Of a stretch of 64,000 bases of DNA, positions 48,130 through 57,190 are shown one piece after another. Position 1 is the first letter of the stretch, and each line of letters starts with the position of its first letter. Source of the stretch: Firmicutes bacterium UBA3943 (GTDB taxonomy: Bacteria; Bacillota; UBA4882; UBA10575; UBA3943); NCBI GenBank assembly GCA_002385625.1, contig DGDV01000039.1:124851-188850 (forward strand), in the 5' to 3' direction. Below the pieces are notes generated by a model that saw only the letters and a program-made list of their open reading frames with translations, was not told where the DNA came from and searched no databases. A program made the position numbers and the translations under genes.

Positions 48130-49473
48130 GTGAAACGATCCCATCGTCAGCGTTTTTTTCTTTTTTTTACCGTCATTATTCTGGTTGTGCTTATGCCCTT
48201 GGCTTCGCTGGTCATCCGGATCTATCGTTTGCCTGCCTTGGTGCGCTTGCGTCCCGGACAAGAGATGCGCCTTTCGGTGGACGCTCCTTTTCGTTTCTAC
48301 CTACCGCCAAGTTCACCCCGGGGTTTTTGGGGCCTTAACGGTAAAAGTAGGCTTAAATCTGGTGAAGGGGGTCTGTGTTCGACTTTACTGTTAAAGCCCC
48401 TGCAAGAGGGATTCTCTAAAGTCGAGGTGCGCTTGTTCGGCCTGCCCCTGCGCCGGTTGAAAGTGGATGTTTTGAAGTTACCTGCGGTTCATGTGGGTGG
48501 ACATGCCATTGGTGTCCTCCTCTCTGAAGAGGGCGTGGTGGTGGTGGGGCATATTCCCTTGAAAGACATCGACGGCAGGGAGAGATATCCGGCCAAGGAG
48601 GCCGGGATTAAGGCCGGGGACATCATTTTATCCATTAACGGCCGGCAAATCGACCATATTACCCAACTGGAGGATCTAGTCCAAAGCGAGGCCGGCAAGG
48701 GGCAGCCGCTCCAACTCCGGATCCGGCGGGGGAAGACCGTGCGCCGGGTCTCCCTTTCCCCGGTACGCCAGTTGGATGCTGGACAGAGACTCAGTTATCG
48801 AATGGGGATCTATGTAGAGGATCCGGCGGCTGGGGTGGGAACCCTGACCTTTTATTCACTTACCCACCGTTTTTTTGGGGCTTTGGGCCACCGGATCATG
48901 GGTTTTGGCCAGCGTTCACTGCCCGTGGCCGAGGGAGGGCGGATTGTTTTGGCCCGCATCTCTGGCCTGCGCCCGGGCGTCCGGGGTGAGCCCGGGGAAA
49001 AAATGGGCATCTTTACAAGCAATGATGATATTATTGGGGAAATACACCATAATACGGCATATGGGGTTTTTGGCCGTTTACGTCGGGAGCCTACCGGCAA
49101 TTATTTGACCGAACCCATACAAGTTGCCTTGGTCAGTGAAGTGAAGACAGGGCCGGCGGAAATCCTGACAGTACTAGCCGGTGAACGGATTGAACGCTTT
49201 GCCGTGGAGATCCAACGGGTCTTTTCCCAGTCCCGGCCCGGTGATAAAGGAATGATCATCCGGGTCACCGATCCGGAACTTATAAGGAAGACCGGCGGGA
49301 TTATTCAGGGCATGAGTGGCAGCCCCATTATCCAAGGGGGAAAACTGGTGGGTGCCGTTACCCATGTCTTTGTCAATGACCCGACCCAGGGTTATGGCGT
49401 ATTTGCCGAATGGATGTTGGAGGCGGGAAAATGTTTGCCCCAAAGTAATGGCAGAATCCGTCCGGCCTCGTAA
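48130..49473 (+). CDS. spoIVB: SpoIVB peptidase (PDZ + S55)
   Basis: PAKEAGIKAGD PDZ, AGVGTLTFY, GALGH, TGGIIQGMSGSPIIQ.GK.VGAVTHVFVNDP. Confidence 0.95.
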   Translation: MKRSHRQRFFLFFTVIILVVLMPLASLVIRIYRLPALVRLRPGQEMRLSVDAPFRFYLPPSSPRGFWGLNGKSRLKSGEGGLCSTLLLKPLQEGFSKVEVRLFGLPLRRLKVDVLKLPAVHVGGHAIGVLLSEEGVVVVGHIPLKDIDGRERYPAKEAGIKAGDIILSINGRQIDHITQLEDLVQSEAGKGQPLQLRIRRGKTVRRVSLSPVRQLDAGQRLSYRMGIYVEDPAAGVGTLTFYSLTHRFFGALGHRIMGFGQRSLPVAEGGRIVLARISGLRPGVRGEPGEKMGIFTSNDDIIGEIHHNTAYGVFGRLRREPTGNYLTEPIQVALVSEVKTGPAEILTVLAGERIERFAVEIQRVFSQSRPGDKGMIIRVTDPELIRKTGGIIQGMSGSPIIQGGKLVGAVTHVFVNDPTQGYGVFAEWMLEAGKCLPQSNGRIRPAS

Positions 49474-49688
49474 AGCAAACCTTGATTTGCCCGTTTTTCC
49501 TTCGCTTTATTATTAAATTTACCTAAAAGTTTCCGAGGTTTGTATTGATTATATTAATAATAGAAAGGAATTACCCCGTAAATCTCCAAGCACTGGAGAT
49601 TTTTTGTTAAAAGAGGAATTTGCCAACGCCTCACGAAGTTAAGTAAAGGGTTTATAACCAAAGAATGCTTTGGGAGGAACCGGTGACC

Positions 49689-50456
49689 ATGAGGGAAGTA
49701 ATTCACATCGGGTTGGCCGATGACAACCTGGAATTTGCCAATATTGTCAAAGAGTATCTGGAACGCTACGAGGATCTGAAGGTAGTGGGGATTGCCAATG
49801 ACGGGCTGCAGACCTTGCAAATGCTCCGGGAAACTCCAATGGATTTACTGTTATTGGACATGATCATGCCCAAGCTTGACGGGATGGGCGTCCTGGAGCA
49901 GCTGCGCAAAGACGGCAAAAAAACTAAGATTATTATTTTTTCTGCGTTTGGCCATGATGAAACAACTCGTAAAGCTGTGGAACTGGGAGCGGATTATTTT
50001 ATTGTCAAACCCTTTGATCTGGAGGTCTTAGCCCGCCGCATCAGGGAGGTTGTGGTTCTGCCCTGTCATCCTGAGGTGCAAAGGCAGAAGGACCATATGT
50101 TGGAGCTCGAGCGGGAAGTTTCCCAGATATTGCATAAACTTCGTATACCTCCTCATTTCAAGGGGTATACCTATCTTCGGGAAGCGATCCTTTGTTGTAT
50201 CAAAGAACCGACAATGGTTAATGAGGTTACCAAACGCCTGTACCCATATATTGCCGAAAAGATGGGCACCACCCGCAACCGGGTGGAACGTTCCATGCGT
50301 TTTGCCATTGAAACCGCTTGTGAGCGAGGCGAACTCGATTACTTGTATCAATTGATGGGTTACACCGTGGACGAAAAGAAGGGGAAACCCACAAATGCCT
50401 CGTTTATTGCCAAGATTGCCGACCAAGTCCGTCTGGAAATGAAAGTTAAGAACTAA
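49689..50456 (+). CDS. spo0A: Sporulation master regulator Spo0A
   Basis: Receiver (ADDN, LDMIMPKLDG, KPFD) plus Spo0A_C (PH.KGY.YLREAI, LYP.IA, TT..RVER..R.AIE, KPTN..FIA). Follows spoIVB. Sigma-H-like AGAGGAATTT...ACGAAG at ~49612-49638. Confidence 0.93.
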   Translation: MREVIHIGLADDNLEFANIVKEYLERYEDLKVVGIANDGLQTLQMLRETPMDLLLLDMIMPKLDGMGVLEQLRKDGKKTKIIIFSAFGHDETTRKAVELGADYFIVKPFDLEVLARRIREVVVLPCHPEVQRQKDHMLELEREVSQILHKLRIPPHFKGYTYLREAILCCIKEPTMVNEVTKRLYPYIAEKMGTTRNRVERSMRFAIETACERGELDYLYQLMGYTVDEKKGKPTNASFIAKIADQVRLEMKVKN

Positions 50457-50470
50457 GGAGTAATATAATT

Positions 50471-51592
50471 ATGTTGGATATTCGTGGGGTTGTTCGGGCT
50501 GACCGGCGGACGAAAAATTTAACTAAACGCCTCCATCCCGGGGAGATCGCGCTGATCGACCATCCAGATCTGGACCATGTGGCTGCCGAATCCCTGATCC
50601 GCAAGAAGGTATCGATGGTTATTAATGCCAGTTCCTCGATCACCGGCAGATATCCCAATCCCGGACCGAAGATGCTGTTGGACGCCGGCATCCCCTTGCT
50701 GGACGCCGTCGGCCAAGAGTGTTTTTCGTGTTTGGCTGAGGGGTCGATCATAGAGGTAAAAGGGGCAAGGATTTATCAAAACGGTGAATTGGTGGGGAAA
50801 GGGACCCTGCTGACACCGGAGAAGATCAAGGCCTTGATGGATCAGGCCAAAAAAAATCTCGATCTTGAACTGGAAAAGTTTGTCCAAAACACCCTGGAGT
50901 ATGCCATCAAAGAGAAGGATTTGATCTTGGGCGGGTTGACCTTCCCGGAGATTAAAACCCAGATCCGGGGCAGGCAGGTGTTGGTGGTGGTCCGGGGTCA
51001 GAATTACCGGGAAGACCTCTTGACCATCAGGTCTTACCTGCGGGAAGTCAACCCCATTCTTATTGGGGTTGACGGTGGGGCCGATGCTTTACTGGAATTT
51101 GGTTATAAACCGGACCTGATCGTCGGTGATATGGACAGTGTCAGTGATGCTGCCCTTCGCTGCGGTGCTGAACTGGTCGTCCATGCCTATCCCGACGGGC
51201 AGGCTCCGGGACTGACCCGGTTGCAGTCCATGGGTTTGCAAGCCCAGGTGTTCCCGGCTCCCGGGACGAGCGAGGATATTGCCCTCCTTCTTGCTTACGA
51301 GAAAGGCGCGGATCTCATCGTGGCCGTGGGAACCCACTCTAACATGATTGATTTTCTGGAAAAAGGGCGGAAAGGAATGGCCAGCACCTTCTTGGTACGC
51401 CTGAAGGTGGGCTCTATTTTGGTTGATGCGCGAGGTGTCAGCCAATTATACCGAACGCGCATGCGCATGAAATATGTGGCACTGATTTTGGCAGCTGCCT
51501 TTATCCCGTTGGCGGTTGTCTTTGCCGTCAATGATCCCAGCCGCGAATGGCTGCGCTTGTTGTGGATCAAATTACGGATTATTTTTGGCTAA
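50471..51592 (+). CDS. steA: SteA-family protein (thiamine-pyrophosphokinase-like domain, C-terminal TM)
   Basis: DRRTKNL.KRL.PGEIA.IDH.DLD, GRYPN.GP, VVVRG..YREDL, IGVDGGADAL, GDMDSVSD, FLEKGR.GMASTFLVRLKVG. Confidence 0.85.
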   Translation: MLDIRGVVRADRRTKNLTKRLHPGEIALIDHPDLDHVAAESLIRKKVSMVINASSSITGRYPNPGPKMLLDAGIPLLDAVGQECFSCLAEGSIIEVKGARIYQNGELVGKGTLLTPEKIKALMDQAKKNLDLELEKFVQNTLEYAIKEKDLILGGLTFPEIKTQIRGRQVLVVVRGQNYREDLLTIRSYLREVNPILIGVDGGADALLEFGYKPDLIVGDMDSVSDAALRCGAELVVHAYPDGQAPGLTRLQSMGLQAQVFPAPGTSEDIALLLAYEKGADLIVAVGTHSNMIDFLEKGRKGMASTFLVRLKVGSILVDARGVSQLYRTRMRMKYVALILAAAFIPLAVVFAVNDPSREWLRLLWIKLRIIFG

Positions 51593-51654
51593 GCATAACG
51601 CTAAGAATGACAGGTACGGGATTTGTTCACCCCTATTAAAAGGAGCATGCCACG

Positions 51655-52563
51655 ATGATAATTGATCTTCGTTACCATATTGCTTCATTGGTTGCCGTTT
51701 TTTTAGCCTTGGGCATCGGCATTCTTATCGGCAGCGCTCTGCTGGGCAATGATGCCCTTGTCTTGGAGCAGGAGAAGATGCTTTCCAGGTTAGAGCAGGA
51801 GTTTAACCGGGTGAAAGATGAGTTGCGCGCCCATCAGGAGACCATCAAAAAACAGGAGATGGCCCTGGAGGTTGATCACCAATTTCACAAGGTTATCCTG
51901 CCGTATTTACTGAAGGGACAGCTTCAGGACCGCCGGATTGTCCTGGTGCGGACCACGGAAGTCATTGATATGAATCTTGCCAAGGAATTAGCGGCCTTAT
52001 TGCGGAGCGCCGGGGCAGAGGTGACCTCGATCACCAGTTTTTCCCAGTGGCCCCGGTTGAATGATCCTACAGAGAGACAAGCCACCGCCCTGGCCTTGGG
52101 TAAGGACCCCAATCAATCCCGCTGGACAGGGGAGTTGTTTAATGAGTTAATGGAGGAGTTAAGCTCCGGCAGGAGTATGTCCTGCCTGTCAATGTTGCAG
52201 AGTCGGGACTTTATTCAACTGTCTGGGGATTACACCGCCGGGCCATGCGACACCCTAATCATTCTTGGCGGTGAGCGGGAGAACACCGGAAGCCGGGTGC
52301 GGGAGATTGACTTTCCCCTGATAGATGCCGCACGTCGCCAAGGCTTGACGGTGATCGGGGCGGAACCTTTGTCGGCTGCGGTTTCATATGTTCCGGAGTA
52401 CCGGAAGAAAGGAATCTCTACTGTGGACAATATTGATACCATTCCCGGCCAGTCGGCTTTGGTGTTTGCCTTGGCCTCCGGCAAACGTGGGCATTATGGC
52501 GTCAAAGATACGGCCAGAACCCTCATGCCCGAGCTGGGACAAGACCAAAAAAACCTGAAGTAA
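51655..52563 (+). CDS. steB: SteB/MctB-family (DUF3186) protein
   Basis: MIIDLRYHIASLVAVFLALGIGILIG, coiled coil, ISTVDNIDT..GQ, GHYG. Confidence 0.82.
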   Translation: MIIDLRYHIASLVAVFLALGIGILIGSALLGNDALVLEQEKMLSRLEQEFNRVKDELRAHQETIKKQEMALEVDHQFHKVILPYLLKGQLQDRRIVLVRTTEVIDMNLAKELAALLRSAGAEVTSITSFSQWPRLNDPTERQATALALGKDPNQSRWTGELFNELMEELSSGRSMSCLSMLQSRDFIQLSGDYTAGPCDTLIILGGERENTGSRVREIDFPLIDAARRQGLTVIGAEPLSAAVSYVPEYRKKGISTVDNIDTIPGQSALVFALASGKRGHYGVKDTARTLMPELGQDQKNLK

Positions 52564-52613
52564 AGTCCATTGGAAGGCAGATTATCCAAGGATTTGGATC
52601 GGAGGAGAGTCGG

Positions 52614-53294
52614 GTGGAGGAAAACCTGATGGTAAGTGTTTTGGTTCCCGCCTATAACGAAGAAAAACATATTTATGATACCGTCACCGCAATTCGGCAA
52701 GATCCCAGGGTTGGCGAGGTAATTGTCATCGATGATGGTTCACAGGACAATACCGTGGCCGAAGCAAGACGCGGCGGCGCCGTTGTGGTCAGCAGCCCGA
52801 AAAATCTAGGCAAGGGCGGAGCTTTGAACCTTGGCTTTCAGCATGCCAAAGGGGAGATCATTGTCCTACTTGATGCGGATCTGGGCAGTTCCGCTCGGGA
52901 AATGGGCAAGTTGCTGGATCCTGTCCTCCAAAATAAAGCCGACATAACCATCGGCCGCTTCCCCCCTGCGAAGAAAAAAGGCGGTTTTGGTCTGGTAACC
53001 GGTCTGGCGCGCAAAGGGGTGCGGGCTTTTACCGGCCTCAATCTGCAAGCGCCCCTCTCCGGACAGCGGGTCATGCGCCGGGCCGCGGTGGAAGCGCTGA
53101 ACGGATTCGAGTCCGGGTTTGGCGTGGAAGTAGGGATGATCGTTGACTTGGCTAGAAAAGGATTTATCATTCGAGAAGTGCCGGTCCAAATGAGCCATGA
53201 AGAGACCGGACGGGATCTGGCCGGGTTTTTGCACCGGGGGCGGCAGTTTGTGGATGTCCTGCGGGTGTTGTTAAAAAGATTTATTCTGAGGTGA
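52614..53294 (+). CDS. Glycosyltransferase family 2
   Basis: VPAYNEE, IDDGSQD.T, NLGKGGA, LDAD, SGQR. Confidence 0.92.
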   Translation: MEENLMVSVLVPAYNEEKHIYDTVTAIRQDPRVGEVIVIDDGSQDNTVAEARRGGAVVVSSPKNLGKGGALNLGFQHAKGEIIVLLDADLGSSAREMGKLLDPVLQNKADITIGRFPPAKKKGGFGLVTGLARKGVRAFTGLNLQAPLSGQRVMRRAAVEALNGFESGFGVEVGMIVDLARKGFIIREVPVQMSHEETGRDLAGFLHRGRQFVDVLRVLLKRFILR

Positions 53295-53301
53295 GTTTGT
53301 C

Positions 53302-54216
53302 TTGTTCTGGGGTATTGTAAAATGGATTTTATTCTTTGCCGGCGCTTATCTCAGCTGCCGGATTATTTTGCCAAGGCTGGCCAGGTTTCTTTGGGAGATT
53401 GGTTTTACCCGAAAAAACTACCTGGGAGAGGAGATCCCCACTGGTGTAGGATTGCTCTTTGCCCTGCTGGTTCCCGGTTGGATGGGGTTAGGTGTTTTGT
53501 TGCGCTTGGACAATTATACAACACAGCTTACCAACGGCTTGGATAAGACCGTTTATCTGCCGGTAAACGTATTTCTCTTTTTATTTGTGGCGCTGGGGAT
53601 GGCTTTTATTGGTTTTGTCGATGATGTGTTCGGAAACCAAGATGCCAAGGGTTTTAAGGGGCATTTCGCCGCCTTGCTTCACGGCAAAATTACCTCCGGC
53701 GCCCTAAAGGCGCTGTTCGGCGGAGTAGTGGCCGCCGTCTTTTCCGCTGGCCTCTTAGTGTTAAAGAGCGGTCAGGACCCATGGTATTATTTGGTTTATG
53801 AGTTTCTGATTAATCTTTCTTTAATTGCCCTGGCTGCCAACCTCATTAACCTGTTGGATCTACGGCCTGGTCGCGCCGGCAAAGCCTTTATCCTGATGTT
53901 GGTTTTCGTCTTCTTTTTTGCCAAAAAACCCGAACTGTTCGCCCTGATCGTCCCGGTCCTGGGCATTCTCCTGGCCTATCTTGACGCAGATCTAAAAGCC
54001 TGGGTGATGATGGGTGATGTAGGTTCGAATATGCTGGGGGGAATCCTGGGTGTGATGATGGCCGTCTGCTTGCACCCGACCCGCGGCAAATTGGTGGCCT
54101 TTTTCATTCTCCTGGGCTTGAACATCTTGTCGGAGTTCTGTTCCTTTTCCCGGCTCATCGAGCAAAACCGCATCTTGCGCGCCTTTGATCAGTTGGGCCG
54201 GCGGCGGCGCAACTGA
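53302..54216 (+). CDS. MraY/WecA/TagO-like polyprenyl-phosphate sugar-1-phosphate transferase
   Basis: P.G.G, GFVDD, NLINLLDLRPGRA, MMGDVGSN.LG; about 8 TM segments. Confidence 0.8.
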   Translation: MFWGIVKWILFFAGAYLSCRIILPRLARFLWEIGFTRKNYLGEEIPTGVGLLFALLVPGWMGLGVLLRLDNYTTQLTNGLDKTVYLPVNVFLFLFVALGMAFIGFVDDVFGNQDAKGFKGHFAALLHGKITSGALKALFGGVVAAVFSAGLLVLKSGQDPWYYLVYEFLINLSLIALAANLINLLDLRPGRAGKAFILMLVFVFFFAKKPELFALIVPVLGILLAYLDADLKAWVMMGDVGSNMLGGILGVMMAVCLHPTRGKLVAFFILLGLNILSEFCSFSRLIEQNRILRAFDQLGRRRRN

Positions 54217-54351
54217 AAGCAGGTGTGCATGTTTTCTTTGGTAAATCCCGCCAAATCTTTGCCGGCTGCAGCCGGAGCGTTTATCTGTGTTAACCCAGGC
54301 TAAAACCAGCCGGTTAAAGGCAAACAGGTGGTTGCGGCCTGGGTTGCTTGT

Positions 54352-54380
54352 TTGACAAAAATGATTAAAATGGATACAAT
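54352..54380 (+). promoter_or_regulatory. Sigma-A promoter
   Basis: TTGACA-N17-TACAAT. Confidence 0.7.
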
Positions 54381-54414
54381 CATAAGGCGTCATTGAGTAG
54401 AAAGGGGTGGAACG

Positions 54415-55221
54415 ATGAACCGAGCACATTCGGGCGGTGGGAGCGAAACGGTTCAAGCTGTGGTCAGAGCCCTTTCAATCCTGGAAGCCCTGGCCGAAGT
54501 TGCTGAACCGATTGCCCTCTCGGACCTGGCGAAGAAAGTTGGCCTTAAACTGGCTACAGTTCATCGTCTTTTAGCAACCCTGATGTCCAAAGGCTATGTC
54601 ACCCAGGACCAGCTAACCCTCCGTTATCAACTGGGAATCAAAGCCTTCGAGGTAGGGAACGCCGCTTTGGCTTCCCTTGATATCCGGGCAATGGCCCATC
54701 CTTTCTTAAAGCAATTGCGGGATGAAGTGAATGAAACCACCAATATGGCGATCTTGGATGGCGCTGAGGTAGTGTATATCGATCAGTTGGAATCCACTAA
54801 TATAGTGATTGTCAAAATGTTTGCCCGGGTCGGGTCCCGGGGGCCGGCCTATTGCACCGGGTCGGGAAAGATGCTCCTGGCCGGGCTGCCCGACGACGAA
54901 CTGCATCGCCTTGTTAATCAAATGGTCTTTCAGAGGTTCACCCAGAAGACCATCACTGACAAGGAACTTCTTATCAAGGAGATTCAGAGGATTAGGGAGC
55001 AAGGATATGCCATTGACAATGCCGAACGGGATGAGGGGGTTTGTTGTATCGCGGCGCCCATCCGGAATCACGAAGGACGAACCATCGCTGCTATCAGCGC
55101 CTCCGGGCCCACCAGCCGAGTCAATCCGGAGACTTACGATTGGTTCATTGCAGCGGTAACGAAAACTGCGGACAATATCTCTAAATGCTTGGGTTATAAG
55201 AATCCGGCCAAAACCGGTTGA
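54415..55221 (+). CDS. IclR-family transcriptional regulator
   Basis: VQAV.RAL.ILE HTH, TVHRLL.TL...GYV, YCTGSGK.LLA, GYAID..E...G..CIAAPI. Confidence 0.95.
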   Translation: MNRAHSGGGSETVQAVVRALSILEALAEVAEPIALSDLAKKVGLKLATVHRLLATLMSKGYVTQDQLTLRYQLGIKAFEVGNAALASLDIRAMAHPFLKQLRDEVNETTNMAILDGAEVVYIDQLESTNIVIVKMFARVGSRGPAYCTGSGKMLLAGLPDDELHRLVNQMVFQRFTQKTITDKELLIKEIQRIREQGYAIDNAERDEGVCCIAAPIRNHEGRTIAAISASGPTSRVNPETYDWFIAAVTKTADNISKCLGYKNPAKTG

Positions 55222-55223
55222 CA

Positions 55224-55250
55224 GCAGGGCAAGGACAGCCCTGTTTTTTT
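55224..55250 (+). terminator. Intrinsic terminator
   Basis: GCAGGGC-N7-GCCCTGT-TTTTTT. Confidence 0.7.
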
Positions 55251-55406
55251 ATTGCCTTGGTTGTTAAGAGAGGATGGCAAGGCCGCTGTTTTTTCTTGGG
55301 ATGGCAGGATAATGAGGAGAAATGGAGAAAAATCTTAACACATCTCTTTGTTTCGGATATACCCACAGAGGAGACTTGGCAAGAAAACTAAAGGTGGCTG
55401 AGTTGT

Positions 55407-57107
55407 GTGTCGACTTACAAGCGGTTGGGCGAGATCCTGATTGAAAAACGGGTAATTCAACCATCCCAGTTGGAGGAGGCCCTCCGGGTCCAGGCGGAAC
55501 AGGGTGGGCTTTTGGGCGAGATCTTGATTGAACTGGGTATGATCTCCCCAGAGGAGTTGGCTGCGGCCCTGGCGACACAGTTGAACTTAGATTTTTGCGC
55601 GCCTGCGGATGAGAAGATCAGTGACGAAGTATTACAAGCCATTACTCCGCTGCAGGCCCAAAACTACCGGGTTATCCCCCTTGAAGTCGGCGATGACTGG
55701 ATCCGTGTGGCCACCGCTGCACCCCATCAGGTGTTGCGAATGGATCGTTTCCAGCGGGAGGTGGGGAAGACCGTCCGTTGGGCAGTGACGACGCCGGAGC
55801 AGATTGCCAAGGCCTTGGAACGTTATTACATGGGTCGACTCAACAGTGTTGACACGGTGCTGGCCGGGATGGATGAAAAGGAATATTCCCGTATTTCCTC
55901 CTCTACCGGGCTGGAAGTAACCGATTTGACCGCTGTTGAGAACTTGGCCAACGAGGCGCCCATTGTCCGGATGGTCAATCTGATCCTGGCCGAGGGCGTC
56001 CGGTTAGGGGCCAGCGATATCCACTTGGAACCCTTTGAACAGGAGATTCACCTGCGTTATCGGGTTGACGGCGTTCTTTACCCCCGCAATGCGCCCCCGT
56101 TAAGCCTATACCCGGCTGTTGTCTCCCGCTTGAAGCTCATGGCCGGGATGGATATCACCGAAAAGCGGTTGCCCCAGGATGGCCGCATTCGCGTACGCTT
56201 GGGCGACCGGGATCTGGATCTGCGGGTGGCGGTGGCCCCGACCTTGCACGGTGAGTCTGTGGTGATGCGGGTGCTCAATCGCCAAAGCCTCTTGCTGGAC
56301 TTGGAGGAATTGGGTCTGACCGCAAATAACCTCAAGCGCTTGGAGCGTCTCATCCGGGTTCCCCACGGGATGATCCTGGTTACCGGGCCGACGGGCAGCG
56401 GCAAGACCACTACTCTGTATGCCGCCTTGTCTCGCTTAAATCAACCGGAACGCAAGATTATCACCGTTGAAGATCCGGTGGAGTATGAACTGAAGGGTGT
56501 GAACCAACTCCAGGTCAATCCGAAAATTAACTGGGGCTTTGCCCAAGGTTTGCGTACCATTGTCCGTCATGACCCTGATATCATTCTGGTCGGGGAGATC
56601 CGGGACCGGGAAACGGCGGAAATGGCCATTCAAGCAGCATTAACCGGTCACCTGGTCTTTTCTACCTTGCATACCAACGATTCTGCCAGTGCCTTTACCC
56701 GTTTGATTGACATGGGTATTGAAGAGTTTTTAATTGCCTCCACGGTGCGGGGTGTTTTGGCGCAGCGCCTTGTCCGGCGGATTTGTCCCGAGTGCCGTGT
56801 CAAGTATGAACCAACCCCCCAGGAAGCCTCATTGCAACAGGCGGAAGCGGGACAGACCTTTAAGCTGTATCACGGCAAAGGTTGCGAACATTGCAACGGT
56901 ATTGGTTACCGCGGCCAATTGGGTCTTTTTGAATTGCTCATCGCCAATGAGGAGATTTCTGACCTGGTAATGAAACGGGCGCCAGCCTCCAAGATCCGTG
57001 AGGCGGGCATGAAAAACGGTATGCGGACATTGCGCCAGGAAGGTTGGGAAAAGGTCAAGGCGGGTTTGACTACCGTATCGGAGATTGTCCGGGTAACCTT
57101 TGAATAA
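55407..57107 (+). CDS. gspE: GspE/PilB-type secretion ATPase with N-terminal MshEN-like domain
   Basis: ASDIHLEP, PQDGRI, GPTGSGKTTTL, TVEDPVEY, DPDIILVGEIRD.ETA, STLHTN, CxxC...CxxC. Confidence 0.92.
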   Translation: MSTYKRLGEILIEKRVIQPSQLEEALRVQAEQGGLLGEILIELGMISPEELAAALATQLNLDFCAPADEKISDEVLQAITPLQAQNYRVIPLEVGDDWIRVATAAPHQVLRMDRFQREVGKTVRWAVTTPEQIAKALERYYMGRLNSVDTVLAGMDEKEYSRISSSTGLEVTDLTAVENLANEAPIVRMVNLILAEGVRLGASDIHLEPFEQEIHLRYRVDGVLYPRNAPPLSLYPAVVSRLKLMAGMDITEKRLPQDGRIRVRLGDRDLDLRVAVAPTLHGESVVMRVLNRQSLLLDLEELGLTANNLKRLERLIRVPHGMILVTGPTGSGKTTTLYAALSRLNQPERKIITVEDPVEYELKGVNQLQVNPKINWGFAQGLRTIVRHDPDIILVGEIRDRETAEMAIQAALTGHLVFSTLHTNDSASAFTRLIDMGIEEFLIASTVRGVLAQRLVRRICPECRVKYEPTPQEASLQQAEAGQTFKLYHGKGCEHCNGIGYRGQLGLFELLIANEEISDLVMKRAPASKIREAGMKNGMRTLRQEGWEKVKAGLTTVSEIVRVTFE

Positions 57108-57190
57108 TAGTTTTTGTCCATGATGTTCAGGCCAATCATATTTGTATCATGCCGGTACGCTTACTCCGGTTAACTGCTTGGAGGGGTTGG

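Noticed and set aside
51655-52563. 'Copper transporter MctB' function
   Set aside because: A family label only; adjacency to steA supports a SteB-type role, and no copper genes are nearby.
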